Assembly: GCA_965655095.1 (NCBI GenBank)
Contig: OZ296652.1
Span: forward strand, 42,966,001-43,030,000
Reading direction: 5' to 3'
From: Haplodiscus bocki
Taxonomy: Eukaryota
Length of the DNA stretch: 64,000 nt
The translations under genes and the position numbers were made by a program. The notes beneath the pieces were generated by a model. That model saw only the letters and a program-made list of their open reading frames with translations, searched no databases and was not told the DNA's origin. Position 1 is the stretch's first letter; each line of letters starts with the position of its first letter. Positions 50,201 through 61,949 of this stretch are shown here, piece after piece.

Positions 50201-52180
50201 ACTTTACTGAGTTTTGGATAAGAAGAAACTAAATATTACATAAATTGCGGTTAAGCTGTCAGCCTCTATCAAGTCGAAGCTCTGCTAGAAAAAGCTAACA
50301 CTGATTTGTTCTCTCTAGAAGCAGCCAAGAAATACATCATATAGTACATTTAATCTTCTGAGAAGCTTTGTAACATTTGTTTCTTTTTCAAGTTGATGTT
50401 TTGTAAGCTGATTTTTCTAATGTTGATATCGTTTACAGTTTTTTGTTGCTTCAATTTCCTTCATGATCACTGAAGAACAAATGGTTATCCAGAAATTGGA
50501 AACAGTTCAAACAACAAAAATACTATCGGGAGATTTAATGTAAGTTTATACTTCAGTAAATATTTGCTGTAGATTTGTTCAAATTGAATTGATAATTTCA
50601 CAGCTGCTCCGCTGGTTAGTCTGCAGAAACTAGCCCATCAAAAATGGCTTGCCTCACTGTCTGGGATTATCCTGATTCAGACGCCTATTTTGTGCAATTT
50701 CTTTTCTCCTAAATACTCTACTTTTTGTGAACTGACTAGTTTATTACTTTTTTCTTTCCCTCATTTGTCCGCATAAGTCCTTGGTAGTGGAATTCACGCC
50801 ACAATTTATCTGCTTGTCGGAGCAAGGCGCGTAAACAAATAGATTAGAGTTTGCTTCCTGAAACTTCCATACTCACTACTTGAAACAACTCGCACGCCTT
50901 CAGCCATATTGATTGAGACAACATGAAGATGGATTGGTAATAAACCGCTGCAAGCTAAACTGAAAAAACTGAACTAATACTCTTTCTTCCTTTCTCCTAC
51001 GCTCGCTCGACAATATTATCTTCGTTGTGCTTCAGAAATTTTATATCAAACTCAGCTTTCCCTAAAAAACAATGCAAAATGTATTTGCGTGTCCTTCGCG
51101 GAACCAGAATCATTGAGGCATTTACCGATTCTTTTTGAGAAAATAACTTTCTCCACCAATATTTTTCGTAGTGAAAGGTCATTCAACCGAATCGTAAAAA
51201 CGTTATTTCAATATTTTTTCTCCGAAAACGTCCGATTTCTCGAAAACAATCGAGCCCCATGGATTTTTTGTGCCTCACGGGCGGGGTTGAATTGGTTTCT
51301 AACTTAGTTTTCGTTTCCATCGTCCAGTCGACAAAAATGAAGAATGTCTTTGTTTGCTGTCAAAGGAAGAGTGGAATTGAGAAACGGCCTCTACCAACAA
51401 TTTCAACCAAATGCAGAAATATTCGAGAAGCTCGAAATCACTGAAAGGTCCCCCGTATGCAAGTTTTTCGTCTGTATTAGTATTTTTCAAACCAAAAGAT
51501 GTTGAAAATCTTTTTGTTGAGTGATTGTTTTGATGAGACCCAAAAGAAAGCATCAAATTCTCTCCCATCTAAGTATATTGTGACTCACCGTCGATACAGA
51601 GTTGGGCCGATCCTGGTTTGTTGGAATGGGAGGTGCAGGGGGAAAGTCAAACTCTAGGAAGCAACTGGTAACCGCAGTTTAACTGCCTCGTCTCAGATAT
51701 TCATTTTTTTTTCAACTTAATTTTCATAAGACAGTATGTTAATGATCTTTCACAAATTGAATTAGTTGGTTTTAAAAAGTTGTTTGTTGTCAAAATGGTT
51801 GGTCGTGGAAGAAGGGGCCAGCCAGTATTACTGCGCAGAAATTATTTGTTCAAAGCTGAAATTTGAATTTTAAACCGATGATGACTTGTAGTACCAATTT
51901 TTTCAACACGATTTTTTTAATGCAGTATGCTCAAACAACGCTTTCGATTCAGTTACCAGTCGAAAGCGTATACAAGAGATGTTTCGGGTAAATAGGTTTG
52001 AATTTTCAGATCGGGACAGTCAACAACAAACGGTGGTGGCAATGTAGAGATTCAGATCAAACTGAAGATTTCTGTGGAGATAGCAGAGATTGGTTAGCAA
52101 AACAGATTTTTAGGATGAGGCACAGAAGGAATTGAATATTAAATTGTATTTGTTTTTATAAAATTGGTTTCAAATTGTAT

Positions 52181-53778
52181 TGTGACGTGTGTGGTGTGGT
52201 GTTTTCATATTCTTTTTCTGCTCGAGTGGCTTGCTTTTATTGTATTGAATGGTGGTGGCTGAATTTTATTCTTTCTTAACTATACGTCTTAAATAATCCA
52301 CTCTATGGTGTTTGGCAGAACCGTAAGACGTTCAGTTCACAACCATGCAAATCTTCCGTACTGCAGAGCTTCCAGGTTCTACTTGGTTCGGGTCAATATG
52401 CTACGCTGGTACCTTACCGTCACTTAGCCCACCGCACGGTATAGAGTGAATTTGGTTTGGAATACTATCAACTCTATGCAAACGAGTTGTTTCTTAATTC
52501 TAAATTTTATAATCTCGATTAGTGGTGGTGGTGGTTCTGACTTTCTATCTTCTCAAATTTTAACAAGCTCTGAACAAATTTCATCTTTCTTTAATTTTCT
52601 TTCGAATGCGTGTTTCAGGTTCTCGTCACGTAAATGGTTTTATTAGTAGTAAGTCTGGGATTACTCTACTACTATTGAGTTGAAAAAGTAGTTTAACTAC
52701 TTTGGGATTACTAAAAATTTGATCTGTTTAGAGCTTGCTATGATAAAAGTGAAAGGAATGAGATTATGAAGTTGATTGAATTGATTTTTCGTTAAGCTTT
52801 GACAAAATTGTAGTTTACAATGAATGAAATCTAATATATCTCAAAGAACAGAACTCACGACATTATGGTTTGAATGTTGGTGTGGTTGATCGATGGTTGG
52901 AGGTCGTCTATGCAGTCTTCGTGGGGCAGTCTTTGGATATTTGTGATTTGATCGTAGGATTTGTTCAAGAGAGATTCGAAAATTTATGAAATTGAAAAGA
53001 ATACAAAATTTAGCAAGAAAAGTTGAACGTCGAACGTTCAATAAAATTTTTGAAGACGTCTAACGTCAAAAGAGTTTTTCAAAATTGCAAAAGTCAAAAG
53101 GAACGAGCAGCTGAATTTTAAAATTGTTAAGTGGGTCTCTAAAGGCAGAGTTTTGCGAGTCTGCCTTTTATAGTTTTTGTCATGCTCATGTGTGACCAGT
53201 AATATTTTGCTGGTCACTGTCTGGTGCATGATCAGCCTTTCATGCTTCAAGGTTTTACTATTTTTGGGGTATCTGTCAAGGAATCATCCCCCAAAAGTTG
53301 CTATTATTATTTCAACTGTTCTAAGTTTGAAGCATTGACGAAATTTTGTTTCTTCGCTTCAAGAAAATAATTCTTGATCGAAAGCAGTTGAGAGTTACTA
53401 TTTCTATAAGTAACTAAAATTTGATGGCTACTGAATTTAAGCATCTGATGACATTCGTTGTTGAGTTGGCGGCCAATTTTGCTGACGTACATTGATTTGA
53501 ATTTTGGCGGTCGTCTCCACAACAGAGGCTGTTTCGTCAGGAGAATAAATTTAGATAGTCTTCTGGTGTGGTGAGATTGTGCCATCAATAGCGACGTGAT
53601 CAAATATTTTATATGAAGCACCGGATAAGTGAGTTCTTTAATTATAAAAAGCATCGATTGAGTGGTTAAAATATGCGCGTTTAAGATTCAAGCTAAGTCA
53701 TGTTTAAGTTTAACGTTGTTTCAATTCTTCATTCTTTTCAGCATTCTTTCATATATTATGACTTTTGTCATTGTCATA
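52181..53778 (-). repeat. 3' LTR (1598 bp)
   Basis: Termini TGTGAC...GTCATA. ORFs inside it translate identically to those in 55289-56886. Confidence 0.95.
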
Positions 53779-53792
53779 ATGCCTTCCTTTTT
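53779..53792 (-). promoter_or_regulatory. Polypurine tract
   Basis: AAAAAGGAAGGCAT immediately precedes the 3' LTR on minus. Confidence 0.75.
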
Positions 53793-53811
53793 GTAGTTTG
53801 TGTCCCACAAA

Positions 53812-54156
53812 CTAGTGTTGTTGAATATGAAAGTCGCCCAAACAGTACGGTTGGCCTTTGGTGTACGCGTCCACCGCAGAAGGTCCACAACATTTGAGAA
53901 TAGCTTGAGCGAGAGTGTCATCGGTAGCAACAGGTGGTGGATCAGTCTGCGTGGATTGATTGGCCATGCGGGGCGCACTAATGAAGAGTTGTGATGGTGC
54001 GCGGAGAAAACTTCGGTACGTTGTATGATTTGTTCGTTTAAGGACGACCGGGCCAGGTGGAGAGGTGATCTTGAGGACCCGGTATTGGTTGCAATCAAGG
54101 AGGTGAACCACATCACCTACGCGAACGTTGTGAGTTCGCCCATCACAAGTTGTCAA
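53812..54156 (-). CDS. Second internal ORF, unknown function (possible small SH3/KOW-like barrel)
   Basis: 114-aa ORF with VRVGDVVHLLDCNQYRVLKIT. It has no early ATG, but the frame is open further upstream and acceptor-like TTTTTTTAG and TTCAATTCAG precede it. Confidence 0.4.
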   Translation of the reverse strand: MTTCDGRTHNVRVGDVVHLLDCNQYRVLKITSPPGPVVLKRTNHTTYRSFLRAPSQLFISAPRMANQSTQTDPPPVATDDTLAQAILKCCGPSAVDAYTKGQPYCLGDFHIQQH

Positions 54157-54375
54157 GGGAGCAAAAGGAAGACTAAAAAAATCAAAGGGAGACCCACAAC
54201 GGTCCCGCAGGGAGGAAGCTGCTAAGCTTGCAAAAAGAGTTCGCAGATGAACTTCAGTGAGGAAGCTGCTAAGCTTACAAAAAGGGAGTTCACTAAGAAC
54301 TACTGAATTGAAAAATGTAAAAGGTACAAAACAAGCGAATTAAGAACAGACGTGTTAGAAAGCGAGTATAAACGG

Positions 54376-54732
54376 TTATTCTTCAGTTTGTAGATGTCTA
54401 ATATTTTGTTGGGGGCGTCTTCGGGGTGAAGGACGGCGCTGGGCTGACTGGCTGGTTGGGGTGGCTTGGGCAAGAGTACTAGGATGGATACGGGGTGCTT
54501 CTAATCGAAAATAGAGGTGGGGGTGCTGGCAAACGGGACACCTCTCGTACCCACGGGAAAGGAGAAAATTTAAGCAAGGGGGACAAGTATAATGCGGGAT
54601 ATGGTGATGGATGTGTAACGTAATGATCTTATGTACGGGGAAAGTTTTTAAACAAACGGGGCAGGAGCGATAAAGGGGGCCGAGAGGACAGCGGGGATGA
54701 ATGGGTGTATCGTCATATAGCGGGGCATTCAT
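54376..54732 (-). CDS. RING-finger-like protein (118 aa from ATG 54732)
   Basis: CPVC-x-LHIHHHIPHYTCPPC-x-CPVCQHP gives RING spacing with His at ligand 3. Followed by a basic tail (RRPSPRRRP). Confidence 0.75.
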   Translation of the reverse strand: MNAPLYDDTPIHPRCPLGPLYRSCPVCLKTFPVHKIITLHIHHHIPHYTCPPCLNFLLSRGYERCPVCQHPHLYFRLEAPRIHPSTLAQATPTSQSAQRRPSPRRRPQQNIRHLQTEE

Positions 54733-54868
54733 GGAGTCGGATGGGTCTTGCTGTCGGCGTGAGAGGAGTGAGAGAAACGGAACCGCCGCCGCCTGATCCG
54801 GATCCGGGTCCGCCGCCACCACCGCTTCGTGGTGATCCGCTTCTTGATGGGGGGGTTGACGACGCCAT
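54713..54868 (-). CDS. 51-aa Gly/Ser/Pro-rich leader ORF overlapping the RING start
   Basis: AAAAATGGCG start; translation MASSTPPSRSGSPRSGGGGGPGSGSGGGGSVSLTPLTPTARPIRLHECPAI*. It overlaps the RING ORF by 20 nt in another frame. Confidence 0.5.
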   Translation of the reverse strand: MASSTPPSRSGSPRSGGGGGPGSGSGGGGSVSLTPLTPTARPIRLHECPAI

Positions 54869-55098
54869 TTTTGAGCAAAAACGTTCTTAGATCTTATTGA
54901 GTTTTAACCGAACAAACACACTGTTTAGAGTTTAAAGTTTTAAAGAAAAGGAAAAACAAAAAAACTGTTAAGAAAACACACTTAAAGTTGTGATAAACAT
55001 GCGTTGTCTTAAAATTTTGTTCAATCAACTTCTTTTTCTTTTATTAGCCAGCTCTTCTCAAGAGCGAAACAAGTAATTTTAATTTTAAGTTGAGTTGA

Positions 55099-55162
55099 GA
55101 GCGACCGTTCGCGAAAACAACCGTTCGAGAAAGCAACCGTTCGAGAAAGAGCAACCGTTCGT
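55099..55162. repeat. Four ~16-bp tandem units (CAACCGTTCGAGAAAG) in the 5' leader of the LTR element
   Basis: Directly visible. Confidence 0.85.
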
Positions 55163-55266
55163 GGTTAAAGTTTTATCACTTACCTTGTACTGGCAACTGA
55201 AAACTTTAAGATTTAAGTTTTACGTTTTACAAAAAAAACCCAAAAACAAAAGAAGGAGAAAGTCAG

Positions 55267-55284
55267 ATCCCACCCTTGTCACCA
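55267..55284 (-). promoter_or_regulatory. Primer binding site, tRNA-Leu-like
   Basis: Minus-strand TGGTGACAAGGGTGGGAT, 4 nt inside the 5' LTR boundary, is complementary to a tRNA 3' end ...ATCCCACCCTTGTCA-CCA. Confidence 0.85.
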
Positions 55285-55288
55285 TTTT

Positions 55289-56886
55289 TGTGACGTGTGT
55301 GGTGTGGTGTTTTCATATTCTTTTTCTGCTCGAGTGGCTTGCTTTTATTGTATTGAATGGTGGTGGCTGAATTTTATTCTTTCTTAACTATACGTCTTAA
55401 ATAATCCACTCTATGGTGTTTGGCAGAACCGTAAGACGTTCAGTTCACAACCATGCAAATCTTCCGTACTGCAGAGCTTCCAGGTTCTACTTGGTTCGGG
55501 TCAATATGCTACGCTGGTACCTTACCGTCACTTAGCCCACCGCACGGTATAGAGTGAATTTGGTTTGGAATACTATCAACTCTATGCAAACGAGTTGTTT
55601 CTTAATTCTAAATTTTATAATCTCGATTAGTGGTGGTGGTGGTTCTGACTTTCTATCTTCTCAAATTTTAACAAGCTCTGAACAAATTTCATCTTTCTTT
55701 AATTTTCTTTCGAATGCGTGTTTCAGGTTCTCGTCACGTAAATGGTTTTATTAGTAGTAAGTCTGGGATTACTCTACTACTATTGAGTTGAAAAAGTAGT
55801 TTAACTACTTTGGGATTACTAAAAATTTGATCTGTTTAGAGCTTGCTATGATAAAAGTGAAAGGAATGAGATTATGAAGTTGATTGAATTGATTTTTCGT
55901 TAAGCTTTGACAAAATTGTAGTTTACAATGAATGAAATCTAATATATCTCAAAGAACAGAACTCACGACATTATGGTTTGAATGTTGGTGTGGTTGATCG
56001 ATGGTTGGAGGTCGTCTATGCAGTCTTCGTGGGGCAGTCTTTGGATATTTGTGATTTGATCGTAGGATTTGTTCAAGAGAGATTCGAAAATTTATGAAAT
56101 TGAAAAGAATACAAAATTTAGCAAGAAAAGTTGAACGTCGAACGTTCAATAAAATTTTTGAAGACGTCTAACGTCAAAAGAGTTTTTCAAAATTGCAAAA
56201 GTCAAAAGGAACGAGCAGCTGAATTTTAAAATTGTTAAGTGGGTCTCTAAAGGCAGAGTTTTGCGAGTCTGCCTTTTATAGTTTTTGTCATGCTCATGTG
56301 TGACCAGTAATATTTTGCTGGTCACTGTCTGGTGCATGATCAGCCTTTCATGCTTCAAGGTTTTACTATTTTTGGGGTATCTGTCAAGGAATCATCCCCC
56401 AAAAGTTGCTATTATTATTTCAACTGTTCTAAGTTTGAAGCATTGACGAAATTTTGTTTCTTCGCTTCAAGAAAATAATTCTTGATCGAAAGCAGTTGAG
56501 AGTTACTATTTCTATAAGTAACTAAAATTTGATGGCTACTGAATTTAAGCATCTGATGACATTCGTTGTTGAGTTGGCGGCCAATTTTGCTGACGTACAT
56601 TGATTTGAATTTTGGCGGTCGTCTCCACAACAGAGGCTGTTTCGTCAGGAGAATAAATTTAGATAGTCTTCTGGTGTGGTGAGATTGTGCCATCAATAGC
56701 GACGTGATCAAATATTTTATATGAAGCACCGGATAAGTGAGTTCTTTAATTATAAAAAGCATCGATTGAGTGGTTAAAATATGCGCGTTTAAGATTCAAG
56801 CTAAGTCATGTTTAAGTTTAACGTTGTTTCAATTCTTCATTCTTTTCAGCATTCTTTCATATATTATGACTTTTGTCATTGTCATA
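55289..56886 (-). repeat. 5' LTR (1598 bp)
   Basis: Copy of 52181-53778. Has TATAAAAG on minus at 56273-56280 and AATAAA signals downstream. Confidence 0.95.
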
Positions 56887-57432
56887 GTATCTTGCGATGC
56901 AAAGCAAAGGAAGTTAGCTAGTGATATGAGAGCTGATTGAAACGACCTAGAACTAATTTTTGAGCATTAAACTGGCATCAAAACGTAATAATACGCATTG
57001 TGCAACTGGAACTTCGCTGTTCAAAAACTTTGTGAAACACAATAATTGGTGCTTTCTGAACAAATATTACACGGTGCTCTTCTAATTCAAAACAAGTTTA
57101 TGTATTTTATGACAGTGCAGTAATACCTTTGCAGCTTGAAATTAATTTTCTGTTCCTCATGGTTTTCACCTACTGAAACTCTGATTAAGTCCTGTTGATT
57201 ATAATATCAAGATATTTTCCCGCAGCTCTTTGGCTTCAGTGGATGTGTGGAGTTTCAAGAGTGTTTGTTTAGAAGCTATGTGAAAACTTGTGGGGCTAAT
57301 GCATTGGAAATTAGGGTTCCATTTCTCTGGTTATGGACTGTAGGCAGTGATCTACTTTTCACTCATTCTGACTGGAAGGGAGAATGTGTACTGAAAATGG
57401 CTTATGATTAGTTGCATTTTTTGACGTCATCA

Positions 57433-57745
57433 GAGAGTCTAGTCATCTGGTGTAAACGGTCAAAAACGGCCTCTTTTTGCAGGTACTTGTTCATTTTTGC
57501 GTTTTGTACAGTTCAAACTCTTAAGCATTGGGCGGCGAAATCCTGTAAACTGAAAAGACAATTGGCATATCAAGTTTTCGAATATGAAACATTGTGATAG
57601 GTGAGTGTCTCAACTCGACTTTTCCGAACAACCTCTTGATTGACAGCTGGTGTAGTATTTCTGAATGTGTCGATTACATCTCCGATGATGGTCTCAAATG
57701 TTTTTTTTTGGGATCCGTCAGCTCGACTGACAAGTCAGAATTTGT
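57433..57745. repeat. Old interspersed repeat (homologous to 14607-14905)
   Basis: Same shared sequence blocks in the same order as 14607-14905. Confidence 0.8.
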
Positions 57746-59399
57746 TGTGCGTTTCTGCTTCGCCTCTGTGTATTTAATTGAAAGCCTTCTTTTCCGGTTG
57801 AAAGGAATTCAAGAAATTCCAAGGAATCCTCCAAGTTTTGTGAATTTTCAATTTTTCCGGATGCCAAAAATTTCACCAAAATATGACCTGATCAGGTAAC
57901 CATTATGTGAGCAGTTTTCATCGAGATTTTCGAAATTCCAGTTTTCAATCGCGGGTGTCAACTTTTTAGAGCGGAAAGTCCTTCTCTGCCGTTGATTCGA
58001 CATATAGTGACATTAATTTTTGACAATATGATCTTTCCAAAAGTAACAAGAATCATTTGAAAGAAACTAGTTTCAATTTCCTAACAAAGCTAATAAAAAG
58101 TTGAAGCATCATTTAAACAATCCTTAATTTGATCCTATCAATGTAAATCACCGGCTGTAGTTGGTGGTAATGCTGAGGCTGTAAGACTTGCACTGATTTT
58201 ATATTAAGTGAATTTTGCGGAGTGTTGGATTATTTTCTGATGGGCTGTATGATATGCGGAAAAACAGTCGCATGCAACTCGTTGGAAATGAAAGATCGGA
58301 AAACTCGTCAGGTAGACGGGTCGCAAACCGATTTCGTCGAAAAATTAAAAGTAAAATTCCCGCATATTAATTGCGGCAAATTATTCATAGGAGATGAATT
58401 AGGTGATTATTGCGTTCGTTAAGATAACGAACCTGGGAATGACCCAAATCGGCGCTGGTATGGCTCAAATTACTCAAGTGCAGGAAGACTTTCATGTTTT
58501 GAAAAGTTTTGGTTTTACCTGGGAAATTCAGAAGTAGAAAAAAATCGTGATTCGTGTTTGGTTTTTCAAAGAAAAAAAATTGGAATATGCACATGGGTTA
58601 TGATATTTTCGTTATCGGATTTAGATTCAGTGTCTGTCTGTGGCTGTGTGAAAAACAATTGATTCTCGCTTTTCCAAAATTGTTGTGTATACGAAGGGCT
58701 ATCGAAGATTTTTAGAACTGTCGTTTTCGAAAGTTTTTATAATTTTAACTAGTAAACCCTTCTTTCAGATAGGCAGATTAAATGTTCAATCCTTCCAAGA
58801 CAAAGTCTGTTCAGGTTTTTTTTGTCTCCGTTGTCACTGTTATCACGCTGAATGCATAAAGCAGGTGAGTGAATTTAGCGGACGACTTGATGAACTCACT
58901 CGCTTTCTTCATTTGGTGTGATCATCATGACGCCATAGCTGAAACACTCTCACTGATTTTTTATGTACTCGCTTTTTATTGGCTCGCTATTTTAACAAGT
59001 TGGCTTCGGTCTTTCGGCAATGACGTCAGAAGAATTTCTGATAGTTTTGAAAAGCCGTGACAGGGTTCACTAACTCCGTTTTATATAGGATTTTATGAAG
59101 CACTTATACGGTTACTCGGTTTTTTTTTCGAAAATTTTTTTCTTGAACGACATCTTGCGACCCCGTTCGGAATCAAGAATTTGTGCAATAATTGATTTTT
59201 TGTAAAATTTTCCAAACGCAGCGAAGCTGCATGAGGGATCATATCTAACATCATAGTAGCGATGAGAACGCTCAAATCAAGAAAATATTTCCTTGTTCCC
59301 CTGTCAATATACTCGAATTTTTGTGTAATTTTGTGAAAACTTTTCAGATTTTTTTGTTCAAAGCGCAGCAAAGCTGCATGGCAGCACCGGAGAAAATAT

Positions 59400-60300
59400 A
59401 CTTATACAAATAATTGTACTTATACCAAAGATAGATCTTGAAAACTTTCGATATTTTTTCTCCGAATTTCTATGTAAAGTGAATGAGGGTCAAGCGGAAA
59501 CCATATGCACGAGCATACAGTCACTGAAGCCGCGGAAAGTCAGAAAAGCTAAATAGATTTTGTCTTCTAATCCCCTGATGTTATTCATTCCAAGGAGCTC
59601 TTGTAGCTGAAATGGGAGGAAGTTGAAATGGTTTAATATTTGCAATTTTAATCCGGAGTATTTTCCGACTATGGGTCTGGCCTTTCCCAACTCTTGGTGG
59701 CATTTCCCAAGCCGTGGCGACGAAGGGAATCAGAGGAAATTTTGCGGTTTTTCAATTTTGGTTTTGCGGTTACGTAGGATATGGTGAATAGTGGGACTTG
59801 GCTGCGAAGAGACAAACTATCATAATTTTTTAATGTTTTTATTTAGGCAAGGGTGTGGCCTTCCCGATGCAGTGGAATTTAATGGATTGGCATCAGTCTC
59901 GGAAGCATCAAAATATTTCCGGTTTTATACAAGGGTCAGGAAGGTTCAGGGAAGTAGTAGGAGGACTGGGCTTGTTGAAATGGTTAATATCTTCAGTTCT
60001 GTTCAGGAGCAGTATCCGGTCAAAAGTGTGGCCATTCCTAGGCAGTTTGAATTAAGGGAACGAAAAAATTTTGAACACATTAGAATTTTTCCACTTTGTG
60101 TGTTGTGCTTGGGGAGGGTTTAGACATTTGTCGCAATAGCCGGAGAAGTTCTAGTTTTCCTCTGTACTTCGTTATAGTATCCAGGCAAAGGCGTGCCTCC
60201 TGCCACGCTTTTTGGAATGGAGGAAATATAAAGTCTTGGAAAGTTAAGTTATACCAGCTTCGGTACAGGAGTTACGGAGGACATGCGTAGTATTGCGGAA
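59400..60300 (-). pseudogene. Degraded CR1/L2-like LINE (APE end and RT start)
   Basis: PRNGHTFDRILL (PTR..TLDL-like) near 60010-60045 and KIYLAF (YLDF-like) near 59550. Confidence 0.45.
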
Positions 60301-61949
60301 TAGTTTTCACTTCAGCGCTGAAGTATCGTGGAAAGGTGCTTCCATTCCAAGCCTGTGAAAACCCAGAAGGTGTCCAAAGTTTGGTATCATGAGATAATTC
60401 CAGTTTCACATTTGTTTAGGGTGTTGGGGCCAATTATTGCGAATGGTGAGCGAATTAAAAGTTGGAATAATTATCATGATTCATGAGCAATAAATTGCTT
60501 CTCAATCTGAAAAAGATATTGCAGGTTTTCCTTTTGACTAGTGGAAGTCGCTCCTCCTCAGTTTGTGTTTGTAGCAGTATCTCTAAACTGGATTATAACA
60601 TTCGAACTGTTGAGCTTCATCTAAGCATTCGCTTTTTCAAGGATTTCTCACTTCGGGTCAGCCACTGCCTGGGCTGACCTGAATCGGGAGCCCCCTTCCA
60701 TTTCCGACTCACATATTTCAAGCTACATTATGAGCGTCTGATTTGTCATTATATATGACTGTGCGACCATTTTTGAATGATGTTTTCCTCGGCATTGATC
60801 CCCCTGATAATGGCTTCTAATAACGAAATTCGATTTTTTCTGTTAGAACAGACAGTTGGTGTGGCTTTTTTGGGAGAAAATTTCCAAGAATGCGAGTGCC
60901 AATTAGTGCTAGTTAATCGCGCAGGTTCTTTGTTCCTCTTGTTGTTTTTTTGACAGAACGCTACCGGTCAGTCTGCAAATAAAATACTTGACGTTTCATG
61001 CGAGGCTTCATTTTTTTTGTCTCATGCCAGGCTTGCTTTTTTTTGTCTCAAACATTTATGTCGCAGACAAATTTGTTCTTCGGTTATCTTTCATTTTGTC
61101 TTGAGTCGCTAAGAGCAAATGTGTGTTAGCTGATCGGGGGTGTTCCAGTATCCCGTTCTATCCTGGCCACTAGTTGCTAATCGGTGTTTATAGCGTTTGT
61201 TTTTCATATCATTACTTGCTATATTAATGTTTTTTTGATAACTTCCTTGGAGTTAATTCCTTCTACCAATTTGAATCCAGTGAGGTTTCTCGTTGTGAGC
61301 CTTGCCATTAAAAGTCGGGGGAGTGCATGGAGTCACAAAAATCAATGAATTTACTCCAACTTAGTTACAGGGTTTGAGGAGCGAGGGCTAGGGAGTGGAA
61401 GTGACCCGACCAGATCCAGTAGGATGTAGTTTTCAATTTAATTCGCCGTTTTATCCGGGCAAACGACCGGCCAACTGCATCTTTTTAAGCTTCTCTTTAA
61501 ATTTGTCATTGCAGTTGTAGTGAAGAATAGTAGTCCCTACAAGCCCCCTTCCCCTCACGCAGAAATCTTCTCAATGGTTATCCGAAAACTTTTCCGAAGT
61601 GATATCCACATTGTGCGTCTGTGATTCTTTTCTGCAAAACCTATCTTATATCTGTTGCAAGTCTTGCTTACTTTCACTTTTTTACAGCCATATATGGAAA
61701 ACTTCGTAATTTTTTGAAACATATAATCTTCCTTTGCAGCATTTTTTTGAGGAGCCTCTTCAATGTTCGAGAACATCATCTTTAATCGCTCCGGAAATTC
61801 ACATTTAGAGCATGATAAAATTGAGTGCTGAGTGTTTTATTTAATACATATTTTTAATGTGGAACAAAAACCATCCTCCCAACGCGGTTCATTTTTTTTA
61901 TGTTTACTTGCTTATTGTACGGGCAGAATGACCGGAGGACGATTCTGAA

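Larger units (their letters stand above)
52181..56886 (-). mobile_element. Young non-autonomous LTR retrotransposon (4706 bp) carrying a RING-finger ORF
   Basis: Two 1598-bp direct repeats offset by 3108 bp, TSD GTAT (52177-52180 / 56887-56890), and correctly placed PBS and PPT. The 1510-bp interior has no gag/pol motifs. Confidence 0.93.

Noticed and set aside
53445-53451. CTGATGA hammerhead-like core in the LTR
   Set aside because: No stem II followed by GAAA at a suitable distance, and it is antisense to the element.
52446-53654. Short ORFs within the LTRs (and their twins at 55554-56762)
   Set aside because: No recognisable motifs. They recur only because the LTRs are identical.
52181-56886. 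Identical 1.6-kb repeat as a tandem duplication or assembly artefact
   Set aside because: The TSD, terminal TGTGAC/GTCATA, PBS and PPT all sit exactly at the boundaries, as expected of a real LTR insertion.
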